A stretch of 64,000 nucleotides of DNA from Octopus sinensis (taxonomy: Eukaryota): assembly GCF_006345805.1 (NCBI RefSeq), contig NC_043000.1, positions 111,538,001 through 111,602,000 on the forward strand, read 5' to 3'. Shown here one piece after another: positions 1 to 64,000 of the stretch; the first letter of the stretch is position 1; every line of letters starts with the position of its first letter. Position numbers and translations under genes: made by a program. The notes beneath the pieces were generated by a model. That model searched no databases, was not told where the DNA came from, and saw nothing but the letters and a program-made list of their open reading frames with translations.

Positions 1-1290
1 GACATTTTCTTTTTTCTGAGGCTCTCTCTTTTACTTTTGTGAAGGCTCGGTAGTAACAAAATATAAACTCCTTTTGAATGCTTCCACCACAAATGACACT
101 ACTACAAGGGCATTAGAATAATACCCACGCAAATATTAAAAATGATATATTCATAACAGTCACTACCCAAGAATTTATTCAAAACAGTTCCAGCCACTAC
201 TGCTATAACCACAACAGGTCACTTTTTGGTCACTTGACCATTTAAGAAGACTCTACCAACAGCCTACTACCGTCATACCACTCCCGTCTTTTTCTTATTC
301 TTTCTCTTCTTTTCCTACTCCCTCTCCTCCTCCCCTCTTCTTCTTCTTCTTCTTCACCGTCTCCTTCCTCGGCTACTGCTGCTTAAACAATCAAAATCCA
401 GAACCCACATCCCTCATATTAAATATTTCTTCAGATCTTCTACTACCTACCTACTTACCTACCTACCTACCTACCTACCTACCTACCTACCTACCTACCT
501 ACCTACCTACCTACCTACCTACCTACCTATCTACCTACCTACCGAGCCTTCACAAAAGTAAAAGAGAGAGAGACAGACAAAAGAAAAATGTCCCGCATAT
601 TTGAAAACTATGGAAATATGTTTTTTTTTTATTTTCATTCAGTTTTTCCACAATTTAATTGTTTATCAAGCTTTACTGAAACCGGTACTAAAATGTTCTT
701 CAAGATAAAATTATTTTAACATTTTCTACCTTGTTCTATTTTCCATATATACATCTACTCGTGTGCTACTTTTCAACCTTCTCTCTCTCCCTTTCTCTTT
801 CTCTCTCTCTCTCTCACTCACTCTCTCTCTCTCTCTCTCTCTGTATATATATATATATTTATAATAGGTGTAGGTGGTATACGAGTGGGTTTATATTTAT
901 AAAAAAGAAATTTGAAAATGCCACTATATAAAATGAATTTTAAATTTCTTAGAAATTTTACATGTTTCGGTTCTTCTTGAAAAAACGAACCTAATCAAAA
1001 ATATTTTAAAAAGATTAGTGTAATAATAAAGTTCATAATTGTTTCTTACTAGTCTCAACAGAATCCACGTGGTGGGTTTTTTGTGGGGGAGAGCATAATA
1101 GCTGTCTTGTGTGTTGACTAAAGTTGGGGAAATGACCAGTGGTCGAAATAGCAGTAGTAGCAGTGACTGTTGGTCGTAGTAGTGGTGAAGGGATATCCCT
1201 AATATCCCAGAAACAGATGTAAGACTAACTTGCTCTTTATAAATGTCCTGAATATTCCACACAGCCTTGGCTTTGTTGTCTCATTTTATT

Positions 1291-1407
<117 letters not shown>

Positions 1408-2849
1408 AGAAAATGGAGAAATATTGATGAACAACAATTGACTTACAAATAGACTGCATCCCTTGTATTGAATTGATAAATAATAATTGATGTAAGTAAA
1501 TTGTTGTTCATCAATATTTCTCCATTTTCTGTTTTATTTAAATTTTGATTCCTGATAAACTCATGTTTATCCTTGACTTTATCTATAATTTATGAGCATA
1601 ATATGCTTGCATATATATGCCCATGGTTAAATATAGGTAATATACCAGTGGTATAATGGATACTTCTATCCCTTAAATGGTTATGTTAATCTCTAACTCA
1701 GCTAACCTTTTATATATATATATGTGACTGCATCGTTTAGTTATGTGAATTTATATTCTGCGTTCAAATCGCATTCAACTCATGCTGAGGTCGACTTTGC
1801 CGTCCAGCCTTCCGGAGGTCGATAAAATAATTAGCAGTCAAGTACTAGGATCCATATAATCAGATGTGCCCCCTCCCTCAGTATTTATGGACCTTGTACT
1901 TAATTTACAACACAGTACTTACATCTACACTTCATTTCGATCGGTTCGATCTTCGATTATCAATAAGTGCCTTTCCCCAATCTAAATATCCCGGGCTGCA
2001 TTGGAACCCTTAATGAGAACGATGCTCATATCCAGTAAGCGTCTTAAACATTTAGAACTTCAGTGATGTCACCTCATCCCTAAGAATAGCATTAATGTTA
2101 CAAAATGTCACCACATCAAACCAGACATCGGAAAGGCATGAATGCCATCACATCAGACCAAAAAGTTGAAGACAGATCTCATTATCAATATAAGAAAGCA
2201 TTATTTTCGTCAAACAGGAAAATGAGTCATTCCAAAGAGGGATCGACTATTACACTATAAGCAATTAATAAAATGCTTTTGTTTAAAATAGCAATCTGTC
2301 TACCATACTCCAAGTAGACATACGCAGCATTCGTTCCGAGATAATATCTCTGATAAGCTCACAGTGTTAAAAACACAAAAATATATAAGCAGCAGATTTT
2401 TTTTTCGATCATTGCTTTACTATAATCCGCAGATTTTTGTCTCAGCATGCAATTGCCAGTGAATTCTTTCCACTGACAAAGCCTAAACTGACAGATATAC
2501 GCATTTAGCATTGTCACCACCACTACTGGAGGATTTTCAGCTGCTCCTGATATATTTTTCGATTTTTTAACACCGTACGTCCATAAGAGATATTATCTGC
2601 AGTTGAATACCGCAGTTAATTTGACTTTCCGTGATGTATTTGCATTAAGTATGATACCCTTATAGCTATCTTAAACTAATACAGCTTGGGTTACTCGTAA
2701 TGAATCAGTCTTTGGGATTTTAAGCCCCGAAGTATTCAACTGTTGAGGGGAAATGAGCTGTGAACTTCTTAACGAACCCTACACTCAACAGAAATGAATA
2801 TATTTTAATCTAAGCTCAGAATATATTTTTACTGAGCGTAGGAGATAGG

Positions 2850-3380
2850 GTGGTGTGGATGTGTGTATGAGGGATTCTGTGGTGTGGTGGTGAGCATCTG
2901 TGCTTCATTGGTGTCATGATGAATGCAGATGATTCAGGGATGGGTTGCTGGGTGTAGGTGACTCTAATTCAGTGATGTGCTTGCGAGAATCGATGATGTA
3001 TTGATGTGACGGTGAGTGCAGGTGGCACAGTGGTGTGATGGTAAATGACGATGACTCAGCGATGTGCTGGTGAGTGAAGGTGACTCAGTAGTGTATCGGT
3101 GAATCTGGCTCTAACTCAGTGAGTGCGAGTAACACAGTTGTGCTGTGATTGATGTGAGTGTAGGTGACTCTGACTAGGTGGTTGATGGTGAGTGATGATG
3201 ACTCAGTAGTATATTGGTGAGTTTGAGTGAGTGATGATGACTCAGTAGTATATTGGTGAGTTTGAGTGAGTGATGATGACTCAGTGATAGTGGGGTGTTG
3301 AGTGATGATGACCCAATGCGAGATGGCGTGTACAAGTAACTCTCACTCAGTGATGTGGTAGTGAGTTGTAGGTAACTCTG
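2850..3380. repeat. Degenerate minisatellite (GTGAGT..GATGACTCAGT), with 31-bp near-perfect units at ~3187-3285
   Basis: Recurring GGTGAGTG/TGACTCAGT motif. Confidence 0.7.
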
Positions 3381-5394
3381 GCTTTGCATCACCAGTGTAT
3401 TGTTGCGCCATCTGGTTGCGACGAAATATACGTGCCTTACGCTAAGATTAAACAAAACATGGACCAAGAGCTGTCAATAGAGATCGATACTGATCAATAC
3501 AGTGGTTAGCATTGCTCAATACATTGATTAACATTAATCAATACAGACCAACAGTAACTAACAGCGATCAACAACGATCGATAGAGATCGCTAATTATTA
3601 ACAAAGATCACCAGTGGCCGACAGCAATCAATAGTCACCTCGAATTAAAGTTAGAAATCCGTATAAATAAGACTGACTAGATGTCAGTCTGTATTTACAC
3701 TCCATATATGGATTGTGGGCAGCTTAAATGAATTCTTTTTTTAATCTATATGCCAGAGGATTTCCTCCTTATTGGCTTCCTGACCAATTTCTGGGGTGGG
3801 GAGGGACTAGTCTATTACATCGACCCCAGTGTTTCACTGGTGCTTAATTTATCAACCCCGAAAGGATGAAAGGCAAAGTCGACCTCGGCAGAACATGAAC
3901 TCAGAACGTAGCGATGTACCGCTGAGCATTTCGTCCAGCGCGCAAACGATTCTTCCAGCTCACCGCCTTCGCTATGCAGTGATATGCTTTCCTAAAAGAT
4001 CTTTAAAAAAAAATTTGATACTAGTTTCCATGATGTGTTATTAACCAAGATTTCAACAGTCTCCTGAACGTGACACCGGTCTGTTACTGGGTTTAAGGTT
4101 AGTAATTTTGAGGGTAGGGGCAAGTCGGTTACTTCGACCTCAGTACTTGACTGGTACTTTATTTTATTGACCCCGAGAGGATGAGGGACAAAGTCGGCTT
4201 CGTTGGAATTTTAAGTCATAACATAAAGAGCCGAAAGAAATGCTACTAAGCATTTTGTACGACGCACTAACGATTCTACCAGCTCGCCGCCTCCAAAGAG
4301 AATTCGCGATACATAAATGTGAACCCAAATTACTTAATGCTAACTACTGTACTTAATTATTTTGTGTTTTTTGTCCTGTTTATCATTTTTTTTTTGTTCA
4401 TCAGTGCTTGAAAGAATCTCTCTCGAAATGTTGCTGATGATTTTTTCGGAATTTTCATTGCGTTTCTTTTGCAGAAAGAATTGCGCCTGTTTGGAAGGAT
4501 GTACGTTTAAAAACATTAGCGAGATTTTGATCGTGAACTCGGCACAACAAGCTGACGGTGTCCTCGTACAACTAACACCACATACCTGAGGTTACTCTAT
4601 ACGTGAAACGTATTTAGTAGTGATTACAAAAGAGTAATACTGAAACAAGTGTCGCCTTGAGCCATAAACACCCCGGGCAGTCGCTTGGGTGCCTCGTGGG
4701 TCTGGTGGTCCAATTCTGATGTATGTATCTTGTAGCTTGCTGTCAGTAAATAAATTCTATAAGGACTTAATGCATTGCCCTGAAGCCTGTAATGCCGCTC
4801 ACATGGACCTGCTGAAAATATTAACCCCCATTATAATCCTAATATTATTTTACAGTATGACTTTAAAAAGCACAAACACAAACATAATACATATACGTGT
4901 GTACGCGCATGCGCATATTTCAATTTTTTTTCATATTGATATATTTTGTTATCAGTTTATATGAATCGCCATAAAGTACGGTGAACAGTGAGAATTAAAA
5001 CGATGATTTCTCTGTGAATTTTTAATGTGTTCCTCCAGATTCGAACAGGAATATGCTAATTGTCGTTGTGTTTCGTCACAGGAAAACAACTTCTTTACGA
5101 TGAACGCATGTTCGCAACACTCTCGATGTCGAATCACAGGCTATCACAGAATCCATCCCTTACACTAATGAAACGAGTATGTTATGAACACTTATTTGTC
5201 ATAAAGAAGATGATGATTTCCTGTGACAAACACACCAGCGATTAACATATTCCCGTTCAAATCTGCCGAAACATGCAAGTCATCTTTTTGTGTAAACCTC
5301 TTCACAATTGAAAATGTCTTCGCTCCACACAGCGGTGACTTAAACCTATCAACTCGTGTTACTTATAGCTAAATAAACAAATTTATAAATGACC

Positions 5395-59721
<54,327 letters not shown>

Positions 59722-59845
59722 CTGCCACATCCAAAAGTTGAGAAGAAAATGAAGAGAAAAAAATAATAGAGTTTAGTTAAATTTGATATAAGTCGATGTC
59801 AGTATTGTAGATAAAGTTTTGGCCACACCGTATTTATGTATCTAA

Positions 59846-60177
59846 CTAGCAGTATCGCCCTCGGGTGCTCAGTTGTAAGGGAAAAACTAAAGCATTTTAG
59901 AGAGTTATAGCCAAAAATAGCAAAAAAATGGAAAAAAAAATGATGGTAAATTATCCGGTTTGTGTTTCTGATTCTCGAACCCATGTCGAATTTACGATTT
60001 TTTTCAGAACTGGGGGAATTTTCAAATTTTCGCTGCGTTAGTTTTGAATTATGACATGGGCTATGTGTGTGTCAAGTTTCATCAGAATCGGTTGAAAGCT
60101 GTGGTCAGGGTGAGGGTACAAGCAAACAGACACACAGAAACACGCACAGACAAAACTGCCGTTTATATATAGAGAGA
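59846..60177 (-). mobile_element. Non-autonomous Helitron
   Basis: Same termini as 9453-9831, with internal deletion. Confidence 0.85.
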
Positions 60178-60186
60178 TTACATATG

Positions 60187-60470
60187 TGGAGACGCAATGG
60201 CCCAGTGGTTAGGGCAGCGGATTCGCGGTCGTTGGATCGCGGTTTCGATTCCCATACCGGGCGTTGTGAGTGTTTATTGAGCGAAAACGCCTAGAGCTCC
60301 ATGAGGCTCTGACAAGGGGTGGTAGCGAACCCCGCTGTACCCTTTCACCACAACTTTCTCTCATTCTTTCTTCCTATTTCTGTTGTACCTGTATTTCAAA
60401 GAGCCAGCCTTGTCACACTCTGTGTCACTCTGAATCTCCCCGAGAACTACGTTAAAGGTACACGTGTCTG
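60187..60470 (+). mobile_element. tRNA-derived SINE
   Basis: Head nearly identical to the 7890 copy, different 3' part. Confidence 0.85.
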
Positions 60471-60512
60471 TGCTACAATAAATACATATACATACAAACA
60501 CACATACATATA

Positions 60513-61410
60513 TGAGAGGGTACCCAAAAGAAACCGGAATTCTGCAATATTAATTTATTCACTTAATTTTACATATTTACATATCGCTTTCAACGTATTC
60601 TTCGTTTGAAATAATGCATCGGTCCAGGCGCGTTTTCCACTGTTCGAAGCAGTGCTGGAACTCTTGCGAAATGATGCCTTTTAACGCCTCCGTCGTTTTT
60701 TTTTCCCCTCTTCCACATCTTCACATTCCACAGCACCAGCTTTCGTCACCAGTGATGATCTTCGAGAAAAAGTCCGGATCGACTTCCAGGTGTTCTTTCA
60801 ATGCACGACACGCATTCAGTCGTGACTGTTTTTGATCTTCCATGAACAGGGGTGGCACAAATTCTGCTGCAACTCTTCATTCGCAATTCCTCGCCCAAAG
60901 TTCGTTGGCAGGAGCTGCAGGACACACCACGCAGATCACCAAGTTCATCAACTGTTTGCTGACGGTCCTCCAAGATCAGTTCATGGATTTTCGAGATGTT
61001 TTCATTCGTTCGGAAGCTCGACGGTCACCCTCAACGAGGTTGGTCTTCAAGCGACAAGCCACCATTCCTAAAGATTGTGTTCTGTTCATGGCAGCGTCCT
61101 TGTAAGCTGTTTGAAGTATGACAACTGTTTCGGCCGCCATTTTTCCCAGCAAAAAAAAAAAAGAAAAAGAATTTCACAGAAGTACGCTGTTCCTTCTCTT
61201 CAGCCATCGCAAAATCGCAAAAATCGACGAAGAAGGAGAAGCACTGAAAAACAAAGACTCACCACGTAGCAGTAAAACCTCACAAGATGGCCCTAGTCGG
61301 TAGACTGATGCCTGAAGTTTGCCTCAAGTGTCTTCTAGCAGCGAAAGCCTGAACTACAATGGGCTTGTCCCACAGGAGAAACTTTCTGGTTAGTTTAGAT
61401 TACCTCCTCG
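60513..61410 (-). mobile_element. Decayed, internally deleted mariner element
   Basis: Degenerate TIRs flanked by TA; EDRQQTVDEL...SCQRTLGEELRMK and FQHCFEQWKTRLDRCI-type segments. Confidence 0.8.
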
Positions 61411-61414
61411 TATA

Positions 61415-61516
<102 letters not shown>

Positions 61517-61751
61517 ATATATATGTATATGCATATATACATATATATATATGTATATATGTATGTATATATATATATGTATATGTATATATTAATGTAT
61601 ATATATGTATATATATATATGTAAAGTAAAAAAATATACAACTAGGACAAGAAACGTGAAACAGTTAGAAGACGACACAAAAACACGGACGGGACATTCG
61701 AAGCCCTATGATGTATATGTATATATATATGTATATGTATATATACCGGAG

Positions 61752-61805
<54 letters not shown>

Positions 61806-61915
61806 GGAGTCGAAGTGTAACCTAACACATAAAGTGAAACAAGGTGGAAAAAGAGTACTCAAATACCAATGGTAGAGTAATATGCTTTATTTAAAATAAA
61901 TATTTTAAAATAAAG

Positions 61916-61949
<34 letters not shown>

Positions 61950-62879
61950 ACTTATATATAATATATATACCATAGTAATGGAGATTCTGGTTTGTAAGTA
62001 AATACCTGTCAGTCTGAATTTTCAGAAAAAGAGATCAACCAACTGATTCGCATATTACAAATGCAATCTTTAAGTGGAACAATAAAAATATTTAAGACTT
62101 TCCTCAGGTTTAAAATGTGACATTGTTTTCGTTATCTACATTCCATCGATGGAGCTTTGTATCTTTCCTAGAAACCAGCTCCTTCTTCAGACGAAGAATT
62201 TAAATGATTAAAAACAGAAGAGACAGACAGACAGGCACACAGACAGATAGGCAGACTGAAAGGCAGACAGACAGACATATACATAGATAGACAGGCAGAT
62301 AGACAGATAGTCAGATAAATATAGACATATATGCGCACGCGCGTGCGTTCTCTTTTGTTTATAATTATCTAAATTCTTCCTCTCTGAGGAAGGAACTGCT
62401 TTCAAACAAAAATACAAAGCTCCAAAGTTGGAATGTAAGATAACAAAAACAATGTCACTCTTGAAACTTGAGAAAAGTCTTGCATATTTTAATATTGTTT
62501 AGTGTTCCACTTAAAGATTGTGTTTTGTAATGTCCGTATTAGCTGGTTAATTTATTTTTCTAAAAATCGTAGCTTACCCAGATTTTCACTTTGGCATGTA
62601 GGTACGCATGTATGCATGTACGCATGTTTGAATGTATGCATGCACGCATGTATGTATGTATGTATGTATGTAGTATGATGTATGTATGTATGTATGTATG
62701 TAGTGTATGTATGTATGCATGTATAGGTATGTATGTATGTATGTATGTATGTATGTATGTTATGTATGTATGTATGCATGCATGTAGTATGTATGTATGT
62801 ATGTATGTATGCATGTATGCATGTATGTATGTATGTATGTATGTATGTATGTATATATGTCTGCATGCAGGTATGTATG

Positions 62880-63720
62880 TATGTCATTATTCAGTTTCAT
62901 TTCAAGATCTCTTGCCAATAGAGAATGATCCGGTTTCCAACCTAGATCCAAGACTCCATCACTGGAATTTCAACATCAACAACAAGGTATTTGTGCATGT
63001 ATGTGTGTACATGTGCGGTATTTGGAGTTAGGGCGTGTGCAGATTTGTATGTTTTATTCTATGTATGTATTCTCATGCATATAGTTGCATATCCCGACAT
63101 GCTCTTATGTATTTAAATGATAAACTTCTGGAAAGTTTTACAGATCTTTACAGTTCCAGTTATGGCTTGGATCTGTAGTCTTCGAATCAGCTTTCTCTTT
63201 TCTAGTTTTAAGAAACCTAATTTCTCAAGACGGGTATTTAGACAGTGTGTTGCATATCCCAGTGCCCCAATAATTACAGGTACAAACATGAACTTGTAAC
63301 CTGAGTAGAGTAACTGTAGATTTCTCAATAGTCCGGCGTAGGTATTTTCTTTTTCGCTGATCCACAGCTTTATGTTCACATCCGCTGGACAGCTGATTTC
63401 CACAACTGTACGCAGTTTCACTTCCTATCCCAAATCACTAAGTCAGATCTACTATGCTTACATTTTATTGACGTTTTCACTTGGACATTCCACTAGTACT
63501 CCTTATTATGAGTGGCTATATCCTCTACCATACAGTGGGTTCTTATTTCTTAGATTTAAGGGTTATCCTTCCGACGGATCTTATACAGTATTCTGGCTAC
63601 AACATCATGTCTCATCGGTAGATAATACCGCAATGACATTTTTGGACAACTGCTTATGATGTGGGTGATATCTTCAGTGTTACCTCCACGAAATCTGCAT
63701 CGGTTATCACATTTTGATGT
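62880..63720 (-). mobile_element. 3' end of RLE-type non-LTR retrotransposon with (CATA)n tail
   Basis: VVEISCPADVN....EKE..Y..L...PVIIGALG...GTVKICKTF; related copies at 55870-56360 (+), 61990-62215 (+), 62355-62585 (-). Confidence 0.85.
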
Positions 63721-64000
63721 TTTCCATACGTCTGTGTGTATGTATGTATGTATGTATGTATGTATGTATGTATGTATGTATGTATGTATGTATGTATGTA
63801 TGTTCTCTTTCTCTTTTTAATTTAGAATTAATTTTAACCGGTCACCTACTTGGTAGCAAGGTTGCGAAGGAAAGCATCTTGGTTTAATCATTTTTTATCC
63901 CTTAAGTCTTAAGGTCTTGCAGATTTTTAGAGTCCCAGATACCGTGATCATTTGTAGCATATGAATTAAGGATTTACGTTCTCTCCCCCAAATCCCAAAT

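Noticed and set aside
3187-3285. Regularly spaced repeats resembling a CRISPR array
   Set aside because: Contiguous 31-bp tandem units with no unique spacers, in eukaryotic DNA
4615-4811. Alternative terminal exons (GPCERHYRLQ... from 4811; QATRYIHQNW...LVSVLLFCNHY from 4741)
   Set aside because: Acceptors are plausible but there is no recognisable motif; cannot be chosen over the 5741 exon without transcripts

Overview
AT-rich, microsatellite-saturated animal genomic DNA. The SINE families, microsatellite density and gene family suggest a coleoid cephalopod, most likely Octopus (inference). Almost all ORFs in the supplied track are simple-repeat or transposon artefacts. One real protein-coding gene spans the window on the minus strand. 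I assembled 15 phase-compatible GT-AG exons (59721 down to 5395; 5' exons lie beyond the window), encoding about 638 aa of a reprolysin/M12B ADAMTS-like (MIG-17-type) protein: prodomain, metalloprotease fold, ADAMTS Cys-rich module, two CxxGD...CCxxC repeats, a Thr-rich stalk and a basic tail. The frame is intact but the zinc site reads RLLGHSLSAGY instead of HExxHxxGxxH and the Met-turn is absent, so it looks like a maintained pseudoprotease. The introns carry four mariner relics, Helitrons, RTE and RLE-type LINE fragments, tRNA-derived SINEs, hAT-like MITEs and an LTR relic. They also contain many Penelope/retrozyme-like tandem and fold-back elements with minimal type I hammerhead ribozymes in several core variants (C3-G8, U3-A8, G3-C8, U4C, A6U). 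In one of them the inversion breakpoint falls at the predicted self-cleavage site. All coordinates, translations and folds were done by eye.
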